Shown piece by piece: positions 52,018 to 64,000 of a stretch of 64,000 nucleotides of DNA. Made by a program: the position numbers and the translations under genes. The notes under the pieces are model-generated. The model ran no database searches. It was not told the DNA's origin and was given only the letters and a program-made list of their open reading frames with translations. The DNA lies in contig NC_058368.1 in assembly GCF_018350175.1 (NCBI RefSeq), positions 195,798,001 to 195,862,000 on the forward strand, given 5' to 3'. The DNA is from Felis catus. Taxonomy: Eukaryota. Numbering within the stretch: position 1 is the stretch's first letter; every line of letters starts with the position of its first letter.

Positions 52018-52635
52018 TGCAGTTCTATATCCTACTGGGTTTGTTCTGTGGAGAAAAAACCTCTACAAAGTAATGGTATTCTAGAAATCTACACAAAATT
52101 TAGACAATAACCAGCTTTAACCACATAGTGTACCTTCCATTTTACAGATGGAGGAAATGACTTGCCCAAGGTCATCTACCAAGTTAAGGGCAGGACCGAA
52201 GGGAGAACTCAGGCCTCCTGATCTGCCTGCTCTTTTTTTTTTTTTTTTTTTTTTAAGAGAGAGAGAAAGTGGAATCTGGGGGGAAGGGGAGGGGGCAGAG
52301 AGAGAGAGAATCTCAGGCTCCACACTCAGCTTGGAGTCTAATGCCAGACTCGATCCCATATTAAGAGCCAGACGCTCAACTGACTGAGCCAGCCAGGTGC
52401 CCCCGCATGCTCTTTTCAATGCCATCACTATCCTGTTTGAGATGGGGGCTGGGAGACAGTGGGGAGTCAGGCTGGAGAAGGGGTGGTAGGAAACAAACTG
52501 ATAGGAAGAATGACAGCCAGCCAGGCTTCTTGATTCTAACTTTTCACTGTGTTAAAGCCATTGGGGGCCTTGAGGCCCAGAGCCCTAGGCAACATCACAG
52601 TAGGTGAGGCAGGTGAGATGGTTTTCAAGGGCCAA

Positions 52636-52684
52636 ACACGCGCGCGCGCGCGCGCGCACACACACACATACACACACACACACA
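52636..52684. repeat. (CG)n(CA)n alternating purine-pyrimidine microsatellite
   Basis: acacgcgcgcgcgcgcgcgcgcacacacacacatacacacacacacaca. Confidence 0.95.
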
Positions 52685-53130
52685 AGCCCCAACCAAAAAC
52701 AAGTCCGGTCAGAATCATCAGTGAATGCAGTTCCACCCTTTGCATCCCATCCCTTTGATTCAAGACCCAGAGGCAAATAAAGCCAGTGAAGAAGGTAATG
52801 GCTAAGACTGTAACGTATGTATTCCTCACCATGAGAGCATCAGGGAAGAGAGGGAGAGGCACTGGAATCTTGTCGTGGGAGATCCCACCAAAGTGGGAAA
52901 AAGCTCCGTGCATACAGGATGAAGGACTGCACAACGTGTCTGGACCCAGCTCTGCCCCAGCACTGATTTCACCCATCACAGCTCATTCTCCTCCATTCCC
53001 TTCTCTACCCTGCGGTACTGAATACACATTTCTTAAGTCAACAGGGCCTCAAGCTTCCGGATTCCGGTAGGGCAATGGGAGCGCATCAGAATGGAGGGAA
53101 TACTTGGAAACAGGAGGAGTTCTTTCCTTT

Positions 53131-53349
53131 TTAAAATTTTTTTTTTCAACGTTTATTTATTTTTGGGACAGAGAGAGACAGAGCATGAACGGGGGAGGGG
53201 CAGAGAGAGAGGGAGACACAGAATCGGAAACAGGCTCCAGGCTCTGAGCCATCAGCCCAGAGCCCGACGCGGGGCTCGAACTCCCGGACCGCGAGATCGT
53301 GACCTGGCTGAAGTCGGACGCTTAACCGACTGCGCCACCCAGGCGCCCC
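53131..53349 (-). mobile_element. Young felid CanSINE (SINEC_Fc-type)
   Basis: TSD aggagttctttccttt at 53115-53130 and 53350-53365. Confidence 0.93.
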
Positions 53350-53776
53350 AGGAGTTCTTTCCTTTACACTCACGCTGCCGCTGCCGCTGCCGCTGCCGTG
53401 TTAAGAGCCCAGGCTCTCTCTGAGCCAGTTGGCTTGGGTTGGCTCTACCACTTTCTAGCTGACCTACGCTGGATCAGTTGAACTTCCTAATGCTTCCATT
53501 TACTCAGCTGAAAACAAAACAAAAATGGGCAAATAACAGTATCAGCCTTGTAGGGTTAGAATTCCATGAGAGAACCACACATAGTACTTGGCAGTGTTCT
53601 GACACACAACAGACACTCCACGAATGTTGATTCCGTGACTGATTATTTCTGGCTATAGGGACTCACTGATCTAAGCAAAGAGCCTCCCCCTCTTCAATTA
53701 GGATTTGTTAGCATCTGTGACTTGGCATGTGTCTTCACTTTATCAACAAAGATGGGAGATGCTTAATCCACACTGA

Positions 53777-53974
53777 TTTTTTTTAATGTTTATTTTTGAG
53801 AGAGAGAGAGACACAGCATGAGTGGGGGAGGGGCAGAGAGAGAGGGAGACACAGAATCCAAAGGAGGCTCCAGTCTCCGAGCTGTCAGCACAGAGCCCGA
53901 CGCAGAGCTCGAACTCACAGACGGCGAGTTCCGCCGAAGTCCGACGCTGAACTGACTGAGCCACCCAGGAGCCC
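53777..53974 (-). mobile_element. CanSINE
   Basis: Reverse head, (GA)n tract and T tail. Confidence 0.85.
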
Positions 53975-56873
53975 TGTCACATTATTGATTAACCTGTCAC
54001 ATGGTTGATTAACCTGATGGATTCCTCCAGTCCAACCTTGAAACTGGTGGTGTAGCAATTCAATAAACATTGCTGACGCTGTGATTAACACTGGGCATCG
54101 AGGAGTGGGTGCAGAGATGGAGATGTTTGCCCATAAGAAGCTTACTGTCTTCTGCAGGAAAAAGACATTACTTATCATTACTAATTGCCATACAAGGCAG
54201 AGCAGGGCTTGCTACATTGAAAGTACAAACCACATGCTCATGGAGAAGAAGAAGGAAGTGGAAAGACAAGTAGAGAGTTGAGACAATCTTGATTTGAATC
54301 CTGCTTTCCATCCTTATTAGAGGGTGACTTTGGACAAGTTATTTCAAACCTCTAAGCTTCGGTCTTCTCCTCTCTTAAATAGGGACATTGGAAGCACTAT
54401 ATTGTAGCCTGCTTTCACAAGGATAAAGCGAGACAATGTGTATATGGTCCTGAAACGAATGATGCTGAAAAAAATGTCCATCTTCATTCCTTTGTTTTTG
54501 TCTGAGTAAAAGAGAAAACTTTACAAAGAACGGGGACTTTGACGTGGGCTTTGAAGAGAAGTAGTGTTCAAAAGGAAGAAATAAAGAGAAATGAACACAT
54601 ACATCAACGAAGCCTGGAAGCGATAAGATCCATGGTGTGTTGAGTGCATACGTAGTCCTAGTGGTTTTGGCAAGAGGCTTAACCTTTACAAGCTTCCGTT
54701 TCATTTGTAAAATGGAAATAGTCGTAAATAATGGTAGCCGCTACTTCACTGGGATGCCGTGGGATCTGAATGAGCTAATGCACATAACGCACGTATTTCG
54801 GACAAAGCCTGGTAAACAATAAGGGGGTTCATACATGTTAAACCGAGCAAGGCCCACCGCATTAGCTCCTAAATTAAAGAGAGTTCGGAGGCCCCACCAT
54901 TACTTTGGGCACCATGACTGCTCTGAGGCTGATCTAAGAAACCACGGTGATAGTTTCGTATGCAAATGGCTTTTGATGTCTGTCCTGGCTTTGATCTTCC
55001 ACAGGAAAAGCGTGCCCTGCACATCTGAGCTGCAGCTGGCAGCTCACTTTTGAGGGATTGCCAGCGGTCATCCAACCGGTTTTTCCACCAAGGAGTTCAC
55101 TGAGGAAGGAGGCAATAAAAGAAATGACTTCCTGCTGGCAGGCAAGCTTAATTATCCCAAAGTGGGAGAGAAAGCAGATAGAGGCAGGTGGCTTCCTGCA
55201 GGTGTGGCGTTAGGCCAGCACTGTCAGAGCTCTGAGCACGGAGGCCAGAGAGCCGGCAGCGAGACCCAGCTCTGAGTCACTGACTCTGGGGCCGTCTCTT
55301 CAGGCATCGCGCCGAACGTGGACACTGAGGCTGACAGTTCCCAGAGAGTAGACGTGGGGCTTACCAGCATCACTCGGCTTAGGAGACTCCTTCCTAAGGC
55401 CCTCCCCTCAGGAGGAGCTGGTGTGAGGTCCAAGAAGAATGGAGCACTTAGGCCAGACAGAGAAAGCAGTGTCCATGATCTTAACTTAAATGTCCCCTCT
55501 CTGGAAAAGCCATTCCGGATCCACCCTTGCCCAGCAGCCATTCTCTCACACCTTGTTTTACTGTCTTCGTACACTTTTCACAATCGAAAATTAGCTTGTT
55601 TGTCTGCTTGTTTGCTTTTATGGGCCATCCTTGCTCACTCAGATGAGGGCACAAGGAGAGCAGAAGCCTCGCCTTTTGTGCATGGCTCTACCGTCAGTAC
55701 CTGTCACCGGCCCTGGCACACAGTAAATGCCCAGTAAATCTAAGATCGGTGAAGGACTGAATACGGACAGACTGGAGAACTCCAGATTTGAGCTTAGTTA
55801 GAACTCAGCTGTCCACAAAGGATTCTCACCCCCAATGACCTTAAAAGTCAGAATCCCATCTCTGGAATGCAAAATAAAATGCATCCTCCGACTTGATCAT
55901 TTTCTGGGCTCTCTGTACACTTAGGATAATGGGGGCCTCTTTCTTTCCCAGCCTTCCCTGTTCATACCGGACAGAGGAGAGAGGAGGACTGACCTTTCAG
56001 AATAACGTTCTCTAGGATTCCCGCCTGCTGACTTGCTTGCGCTGGGGAGCTCAAACTCAAGATCAGGTTCCCTGCACTCCAAAGCTGGGCATTGAGGTGA
56101 GTGTGGGGGGTAGGGGAGTGGCTGTCCACAGTATGAACCTTTCTTTCTCTGTTCTCAGAAGAGGACAGAGAGCTGATAAGGGGAAAGGATTTCCCATGCC
56201 TACTCCAGTGAGCCCATCCCAGCCTCACTCACATTCACCCTTAGAGACAGCTCTCCTCCCTTTCTGTAATAGCCTCAAGCATTTACCAACCCAATGCATC
56301 TTTTGTTCCAAAGACAGGGGCCAGAAGAAGGAACGGGCAGAACACATAACTATCACAAATGTGAAATGAATCAAATCAGAGACGTTCTCCAATGATCTGA
56401 GGTCCCCTGAGGAGTGCTCTGTTCTCATTCTAACCCAGCTGGCTTCTTTCTCCATCAAAATTCTTAACAGTGTAAAGACTTGTTCCCTGCCTTAGTTTTT
56501 ATCTGCTCTTCTGGGGCTGGAAAAATGGAAAAACACCAGGATATTTCAAAGAGATCAGAAAGCAGCCAGGGCTATTCAAGACTGCACGTACCCAACTGAC
56601 CCAGCCAATCACAGTCTTAGAAACCAAGAGGGAGCCAGCAGAGAAGCCCAGGCCAAATCCACAGCATCCTGCTTAAGCCTCCACCATCCATCATGGTTAT
56701 TTGCCAGTGACTAAGTGCCTGCTCTGTGCCGGGCTGACAAAGGAAACTCTCCATGGAGTGGGCTGGCAGGGCGGGGGGAGTAGTGACAGAGCAGCAAGGG
56801 CACCAGAGTGGTCTGAATCCCCTGCCAAGCTATGTGGCTGGGAACAAGGCACTCTCCTAAAATGGGCTTCCCT

Positions 56874-57468
56874 GTGTACAGCAGGCAGAATGATGGCCCC
56901 TCGAAGATGCCCATGTCCTGGTCCCTGGAACCGTGAATATGAAAAAGGAAACATGACTCAGAGGGCAGTCATGAAAACAGAAGCAAAGGGGCTTTGCAGA
57001 CGTGGTTAAAAGGCTTTGAGGTGGACAGAGTATCATGGACCACCCAGGTGGGCCCAGTCTAATCACTTGAGTCCTTAAAAGAGAAGAAGAAAGTAGAAAG
57101 GTCAGAGAAATATGGCATGACAAGCACTTGACTCACCATTGCTTACTCTGAAGATCGTGGAAACAGGCTATGAGCCAAGGAGTGCAGGGGCCTGTGGAAG
57201 CAGGAATGGCCCCTAGCTGACAGCCAGCAAGGCAACAGTGACCTTGGTCCTACACCCACAGGAACTGAATTCTGCCAACAACTCAAATAAGCAGGGAACC
57301 GATCCTCCCCTAAATACTCTACAAAGAGACGCAGCCTAATGATGCCTTGATTTTCTTCTAGAAAGACCCATACCAGCTTCTGACCTGTAGAACTGTAATA
57401 CAATACATTCGATTTTTTAAAGCCACTAAATTTGTGGTTATTTGTTACAGTGTTAGAAAACGGACTCA
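56874..57468 (+). mobile_element. MLT1-type (MaLR) LTR
   Basis: ggcagaatgatggcccc...ccaggtgggcccagtctaatcac...agctgacagccagcaagg...aagccactaaatttgtggttatttgttacag. Confidence 0.8.
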
Positions 57469-58429
57469 TTGTGTGGTCCTAAGTTCCTCCTTCAAGCTGG
57501 GCCTCCTTTTCCTGTCAGTCAACCGGAAAGGGTGGTCAAGGTAATCGCCAAGGGTCTGGCCAGCTCTCAAAGTCTCACTCCGCTCTCCTGACATCCTACC
57601 TCCTCCAGAGCTCTGCCACAGAGCCAGGATGCTCTTGGGTTGAAGACCATAATAGGAAAAATAGAAAGGAGCAAAGGGTGGGGAAGATGACTCTTTAAAA
57701 AAGTTAAAAGAAAAAAAAAGTATCTCCAAGAAAAAAAGTATCTTGTTTTGCCATTGGTTACTTCCTTGGCCGTTCCCCCAGAGGAATGAAGCGGAAAATC
57801 TGGGAGAGCAAGAAGAAAGCTTCACGATCAATTGGTAGAAGCTGTCCAGAGCACTGAGCTGGGGATTCTCTAGCCCTACAGGGATTTGGTGCAAAGTCTT
57901 GATTATCAATGTCTGCCTGGGACAGGGGATTCGGAGGAGTGACAGGTATGCCAGATATGTGCCACCACTGCTTGAAACCACTTTGGGGATCCCAGTTTCA
58001 TTTTCCCTGTCTTTCCTTCTTCCTCTTCCATCTTATGTTCTCTGATCCTATGTAGTCGGTCACCAGCAATTCACATGCCCAATCTGCCAGTCGGAGGCCA
58101 AATCAACAAAATAAGGAAACTAGATCTATTTACAACGAAGCCATGTAAAGTACACAGTGTAGCTGCTGAATCTGGTTTGCTGGTGTCCAGTATGCTAGCC
58201 GGTTATAGTTCTGGTCTGTTCCGCCTCCTGGCTACCTCTTAGCCTTTTCTCCTAGACGTACACCATCGTGTTTCCCAAATGAGTTGGAAGGATACTAGGG
58301 GCCCTGGTGACTGACTGGTGCAGTGGCTGTCAGCTTCTTCCTTAACATCCCTGAGGTCACCCTGCAAGTAAATGACAGAAGCAAGATCTGAATGCAAATC
58401 CCCACCCCCCACCCCCACTGCAATGAGGT

Positions 58430-58675
58430 TCAAAGCTTAGACCGCGGAACCGAACTGCCTGGGTCCAAACCACAGCTGCACCACTTACTTCTGTGATCCT
58501 GGGTGAGTTGCTTATTCTCTCTGGACCTCAGTCTCAACTACAAAGTAAATATAATTGTGGTCCCTACCTCATAGGATCATGGTCAAAGACTAAATGCATT
58601 AACACAAATAAAATGCTTACAATAACGCCTGGCTCACGGTCAGCACTCAATAAATGTCAAGTATGATTATTATTA
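58430..58675 (+). mobile_element. MIR
   Basis: ctgcctgggtccaaacc...ccacttact...cctcagt...cctacctcatagg...cactcaataaatg. Several other MIR/L2 fragments in the window are not listed individually. Confidence 0.75.
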
Positions 58676-58839
58676 CATCATTCGGCTTGCCTGGCCCATC
58701 AGGGCGGATGTCTGCAGGATGTGGTAATACCAACATTTACTCCTATAAACTGTGAGCACAAGTACGTGTGTCTATCTTTGATAAACCAATCAAGATAAAG
58801 ATCCTCTCTCCTTGGAGACATTTCCTTTATTTGTACATA

Positions 58840-59503
58840 TTTTTTAAACGCTTATTTATTTTTGAGGGGGGGAGAGCGTGTGAGTGAGCGGGGGAGGGGC
58901 AGAGACACAGAGGAGAGAGAGAACCCCAAGCAGACTCTGCACTGACAGAGCAGGGGTCAGGCCCACAAACCTTAAGATCATGACTCGAGCTGAAATCGAG
59001 TGGGACACTTAACCGGCTGATCCACCCAGGCGCCCCTGGACATTTTAAACCACAAAGAGGAGGGGCGCCTGGGTGGCTCAGTCGGTTAAGCATCCGACTT
59101 CGACTCAGGTCACGACCTCGCGGTCGGTGAGTTCGAGCCCCGCCTCGGGCTCTGGGCTGATGGCTCCGAGCCTGGAGCCTGCTTCCGATTCTGTGTCTCC
59201 CTCTCTCTCTGCCCCTCGCCCGTTCATGCTCTGTCTCTGTCTCAAAAATAAATAAACGTTAAAAAAAAAATTTAGGGGCGCCTGGGTGGCGCAGTCGGTT
59301 AAGCGTCCGACTTCAGCCAGGTCACGATCTCGTGGTCCGGGAGTTCCAGCCCCGCGTCAGGCTCTGGGCTGATGGCTCAGAGCCTGGAGCCTGTTTCCGA
59401 TTCTGTGTCTCCCTCTCTCTCTGCCCCTCCCCCGTTCATGCTCTGTCTCTCTCTGTCCCAAAAATAAAATAAAAACGTTGAAAAAAAAATTAAAAAAAAA
59501 AAA
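58840..59503. mobile_element. SINE cluster: - CanSINE (~58840-59036) head-to-head with two nested + CanSINEs (59062-59272, 59275-59503)
   Basis: The outer TSD tttaaaccacaaagagga at 59044-59061 and 59504-59521 brackets both + copies. Confidence 0.9.
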
Positions 59504-60779
59504 TTTAAACCACAAAGAGGAAACAGAAGCACACTTTTTCACAGAAGGATCAGAATACAGCTAGGAAAGCAACTGCGACTGTGACTGCCTCTCTATCCCC
59601 CTGGTCTGTCACCCCTGGGCCTGATATGTGACCCAACCACACTAGGCTCCCAAAGTCTCTAATTTGGCTTATGTCTCAAACACGTCACCGCAGCTCAGTG
59701 ACTCTTAGGCTAGCAAGAAACGGGGAATCCCCAGACCTTTCTTGCCGTGGAGCCCACGGTTCTGACGCCCTGAGAAGTCACTCTCGGGAAGCTTTGATAG
59801 AGCCGCACGACTCATACCCCAGGGCAGCTGAAAACAGGAGGTCCCTGCTGGCGTGGAAAAGTGCTTCTCCTCAACTTTTTCGGTTGTTACTGCAGAAGTA
59901 CGTGATGTCCCGAATCTCAGCTGGGCCGTCCTGCGCGTGCTCACGGGACTGCCGGGTGACCTGCATAACTAACCCCAAGAGCGTATCACGCTCAACCGTA
60001 GGCGCCCATCTGTTCCATGCCCCACTTCTTCATTTTACAGATGGGAAGGGTGAGGTCCAGATGGGGAGAATGCATCATCAAGTAAGGCAGAGCGTCTTCT
60101 GACTGCCAGAGAACTGTCCTTCCTACCCCCACCCCACCCTGCCTCCCCATTCGGGCATTTGCAAGCCTTCCCATTTACCCACTGCGGTGGTACCGCAGAC
60201 CATAAAGGATGTTCAAGGAATCTCTGACACCTGAATGACTGAGCAGCTTTCCCTACTACAGCCTAGAGCTCTGAGGAATCTATAGAGAAATGGGAGACTC
60301 CTGAGGCCCCAGGAACCAAGAGACGGTGGAGCTGCGGGAACGGGAGTCCAGCCTGGTCACTCAGAATCACAATCTTCCACAGTTGTACAGGTTTCTATGG
60401 TTTACACCTCCCATTCTCCCACTCAGTAAACAGGATTGAGCGCCTATTTGCCAGGCCCTGGGCCAAGTACTGAGGATGCCTCAGAGATGAGGCATGGAGA
60501 GACAGTCTCTACCCTCAAGGAATTTGTGGCGGGGGGGGGGGGGGGGGACAGAAGGGGTGCAAGAGAGCGGACAACCGGACAACCAAGTCCCAAGACCGAG
60601 GCAGGAGGAGAAGGAGCAGGGAGCTTAGAAGGCAGGCTTCGCTCCCAGATACTTTGCCCGCCCACCCCCCTTTCTCCTTTGATTTCTGTACGCAAAGGAG
60701 GTTTTCTCCATTTCACAGATGGAGAAGCAAGGCTTCGAGGCAGGATGGTGAAATTGCTGGTGACGGACCAGGGGAGCAC

Positions 60780-61720
60780 CCCCAACTCCAATCTCCCGGC
60801 GCCTCCTAGGCGGGGCTTTGAGAGAAGCCGCCTGGCGCGCCGCCGGACTCACCCACCCGAGCTGCGACCCCGCCGGAGGCCCCCCATCCGCTGACACGGT
60901 GGCTGGAACTCAGGGGCCGAGAGAAGCAGTAGAGGGGAACGCACAAGTGATGACGGGGGAGCAGTGCGGGGAAAGAGGGCACAAAGAAAGGAGGCCGGTT
61001 GGGAGGGCGCTGGGGCAGGGAGCACACCACAAGGGAGCCCCACGCGCGACACCCGATGGCCCTACTCACCCCGGGATCCGCGGAGCTGCTTGGAGAGCAC
61101 GCCCGCGCCCCCCCACCCCGCCCCCGCCGCAGCCGGATCGCGCCGGGTCTTCGGAAGGGTGGGCGGCCGGGACGGGCTCGCAGGGGCGGCGGCCCCGGGT
61201 CTCGGCGCGGCACGTGCCCGGCCCTCGGAGCCCGCGGCGGCGGGAGCGCGCGGGAGCGGCCGGGACGCGCGGCTGGGCCCCGGGGCTGCGCGCGGCGGCT
61301 CTGGAATGCACGGCCGCCAGGGACCGCCCCCGGAAAGCCCGGGCCCCCGGCCGCCGCCCCGCCCCCGCGGAGCCCGAGGAGAAACGGGGCGCGGGGGAGG
61401 CTGCTTCCCTGCCAGCCCCGCCGCTCGCTGGCGCGCAGCCCGGCGCGATCGCCTCGCCCGTCGGGGCCCCGGCTCTCCCTGCTGTGAACCGAGAGGGTCG
61501 CGCCGACCTGAAAAGCGTCCTCCGGAATGCTTTCCCGCTGCAGTCTACACACGCGAAAGTCTGGCCGATGGGTTTGGACGGAGGAGCGGGGACTCAGAGC
61601 TCCTGCTCTGCGGTGCGCGGAGTTTAAGATCCGTACCAAGCGGCTTCGCCAAGTGAGGGGTAATAACACCTGCGTCCCAGCCCTGCTGTGAGGACGGACT
61701 TAGACGCCGGTGTGGAGCTG
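60780..61720. promoter_or_regulatory. SMIM3: CpG island / SMIM3 promoter
   Basis: Very high GC and CpG density, multiple GC boxes (e.g. ccgccccgcccc ~61355-61366), and a palindromic E-box GGCACGTGCC at 61209-61218. Confidence 0.9.
61070..61350 (-). other. SMIM3: SMIM3 non-coding exon 1 (5' end approximate)
   Basis: Strong donor GATCCCGGG|GTGAGT at 61070/61069 inside the CpG island, with no ATG in the exon. This fits the known two-exon SMIM3 layout with one long intron. The TSS cannot be determined from sequence alone. Confidence 0.7.
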
Positions 61721-62609
61721 GTTGGTTGTCTGCTGTGACACGCCTCTGAGCATCCTGCTCATTTTTGTGACAACAGTGAAACGGCCCCATCCAAGGTGCT
61801 CATGGCCTCTGAGAGGACTCCACGCCCTGCCAGCTCCCCGCCCAGCTTCCACACAGGACAGTGCCAGCTCTCCGACCTCCTGCCGCCTTTGTGCTGCACC
61901 CAGGGACAGGGACTCCGGTCCCACCTTGGCACCCGGCTTTAAATTCAGCAGTCGAGCGCTCTTCCGTCTCTCTCTGAAACACGGGAGCGCAGGCCTTGAC
62001 CATCAGTGTGACCTCGAGGAGTCTTGGAGCTCAGTTGTGGGTCAGTCTCTTCCTTTGCCCAATAGGTATGGTAAGAACCCTTCTGCCTTCCTCAGGCCTG
62101 AACCTGATACGGGGCGGGGGTGCCGAACTTAGCCCCGACTGTCTTCTGTTGGTCGGGGATGAGGTCAGCAGAAATGACACGGAAATCTTCACTACCAGAT
62201 GCCAGTTGTCTAGAGGCGAGACAATGAGGATGAAGGGGGTTGACATGAGAAACGGTGTGCCAAAACCCCCAGGAATTGTCAGCCAACAACATGTTTTAAT
62301 CAAAAGAGAAGTGTGGAATCTTTAAAACAAACACAAACAAACACAAAACAAGTACCACACAATTCTGAATAGTTTAATACAAAATTCTCAGTGGAAAGAA
62401 AAACAAAAATGCTAAAGGAGGACAATCTCAATTTAATACAAAGTGTTCTCTGGTTAGTGGAAGGGGTAGGGGACTACTCTTTTGGGTGGACACCTGGTAA
62501 CTTCATGTGCCCTGTGTGAGCACTGGCGTCTGGACAGTGCAGAAGCCCAGGACTGAAGCGAGCACTAGCCGGGCTCAGTCTGACTTTCCCGTTAGTACTC
62601 TATCCATAT

Positions 62610-63316
62610 CTCTTTTTATTTTTTATTTTTTTTATTTTTTATTTTAGAGAGGGGAGAGCATGTGCACAAGCAGGGGAGAAAGGCGGACAGAGAGACACAG
62701 AGAGAGAATCTTAAGCAGGCTCTGCTCTTGGTGTGGAGCCCAACCCAGGGCTTGATCCCACCACCCCGGGAGCATGACCTGAGCTGAAATCAAGAGTAGG
62801 CTGCTGGGGGCACCGGGGTGGCTCAGTCATTAAGTGTCCAACTTCAGCTCAGATCATGGTCTCACCGTTTGTCAATTGGAGCCCCACATCGGGCTCTGTG
62901 CTGATAGCTCGGAGCCTGGACCCTGTGTCAGATTCTGTGTCTCCCTCTCTCTGCTCCTCCCTGGCTCACACTCTCTCTCCAAAATAAACAAACATTAAAA
63001 AAAAAAAATTTTTTTTTAAGTGTCAGATGCTCAGCCGACTGAGCCATCCAGGCACCCCTATCAATATCTCTATCATTATCTTTCTTTTTTTTTTTTTTTA
63101 ATTTTTTTTTCAACATTTTTTATTTATTTTTGGGACAGAGAGAGACAGAGCATGAACGGGGGAGGGGCAGAGAGAGAGGGAGACACAGAATCGGAAACAG
63201 GCTCCAGGCTCCGAGCCATCAGCCCAGAGCCTGACGCGGGGCTCGAACTCAGGGACCGCGAGATCGTGACCTGGCTGAAGTCGGACGCTTAACCGACTGC
63301 GCCACCCAGGCGCCCC
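62610..63316. mobile_element. SINE cluster: - CanSINE (~62610-63058) split by a + CanSINE (~62806-63015), then a young - SINEC_Fc-type copy (63085-63316)
   Basis: The split head resumes at ~63019. The young copy has TSD tctatcattatctttc at 63069-63084 and 63317-63332. Confidence 0.87.
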
Positions 63317-64000
63317 TCTATCATTATCTTTCATAATGGTCTTCCCTGGCCCCCAAAAAGCAAGCAGAAAGAGAAAATTGAATGCCCTATGGAAAACATA
63401 CTGCATTAGCTCCGATGTCTCAGCTGGGCTGATTTTGCCAAGGGGGCTTTGGAAGAGAAGAATAAGGGCTGCTGTGTTGGGGTAGTAGGAGGGAAAAGAT
63501 AGCCAATTTCAGTAGCAAGCTTTGTTACAGCAAAAATCAGGGGAAAACTCACATTTCACTTCTTTGGTCCTCAGTTATAAGTACTCCAAAGGGAAAACCA
63601 CCAAGAATTCAAAAAGCAGGCTGGGGGGTGGGGGGAGCGCCTGGGTGGTTCAGTGCATTAAGTGTCAGACTCTGGATTTTGGCTCAGGTCATGATCTCAC
63701 AGTTTTATGAGTTTGAGCCCCGCATCTGGCTCTGCGCTCACACGCCTCACAGAATGCCTCTCTGTGAATCACACTTAAACAAGAATTTTCTTCTTTCATA
63801 TGTTTTTCACTTGTACAAGTACATATATTTATTTGGTTTTGGGAAATAATGTGGTATATTGGTTTGGAAATCAGGAAACCAAAATTCTCAGTCTGTCACT
63901 TAGTAGCTAAATGATCATCAATGCCTCAGTTTCCTCACTTGTAAAACAGTGAAATGAGACCGATTCCTTCTGTCACAATGATTGTGAGGAAAGATTTCAT

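Noticed and set aside
53372..53397. (CGCTGC)4 hexamer repeat
   Set aside because: A short simple repeat beside a SINE, with no evidence of function.
60436..61669. Long ORFs (152-287 aa) on both strands of the CpG island
   Set aside because: They are low-complexity Arg/Pro/Gly/Ala translations, expected from stop-codon depletion in GC-rich DNA. I see no recognisable domain, and most have non-ATG starts.
9140..63849. Recurrent ORFs such as MAQSV..PTSAQV.ISRSVSSSP.SGS..AQSLEP
   Set aside because: Translations of CanSINE copies, not a gene family or functional tRNA genes.

Overview
Mammalian (felid, most likely domestic cat or a close relative, judged from young SINEC_Fc-type CanSINEs and carnivore L1 3' ends) repeat-rich genomic DNA. 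The only intact protein-coding gene I can support is SMIM3 (NID67) on the minus strand. It has a non-coding first exon in the CpG island near 61 kb, an ~18.2 kb intron, and a second exon (42859 to ~41512) carrying the 60-aa CDS and the 3'UTR. Most of the rest is interspersed repeat: ~40 CanSINEs, old and young L1 pieces, a near-full-length Tigger1, a Tigger2-type MITE, MER34/MER21/MLT1 LTRs and MIRs. The most notable feature, which no single ORF in the track captures, is a frameshifted butyrophilin/BTNL-type IgC exon at 14178-14452 (+) with intact splice sites. A possible, much more decayed IgV partner lies near 10.1-10.5 kb. Together they suggest a relic butyrophilin-like gene in the interval that holds IRGM in human. 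Other observations include a tailless U6 retrocopy, a twin-primed L1 overlapped by a tandem duplication, an unidentified acidic coding-like fragment, and a spliced alternative ORF overlapping SMIM3. All repeat family names and homologies come from my recognition of the sequence, not from database searches.
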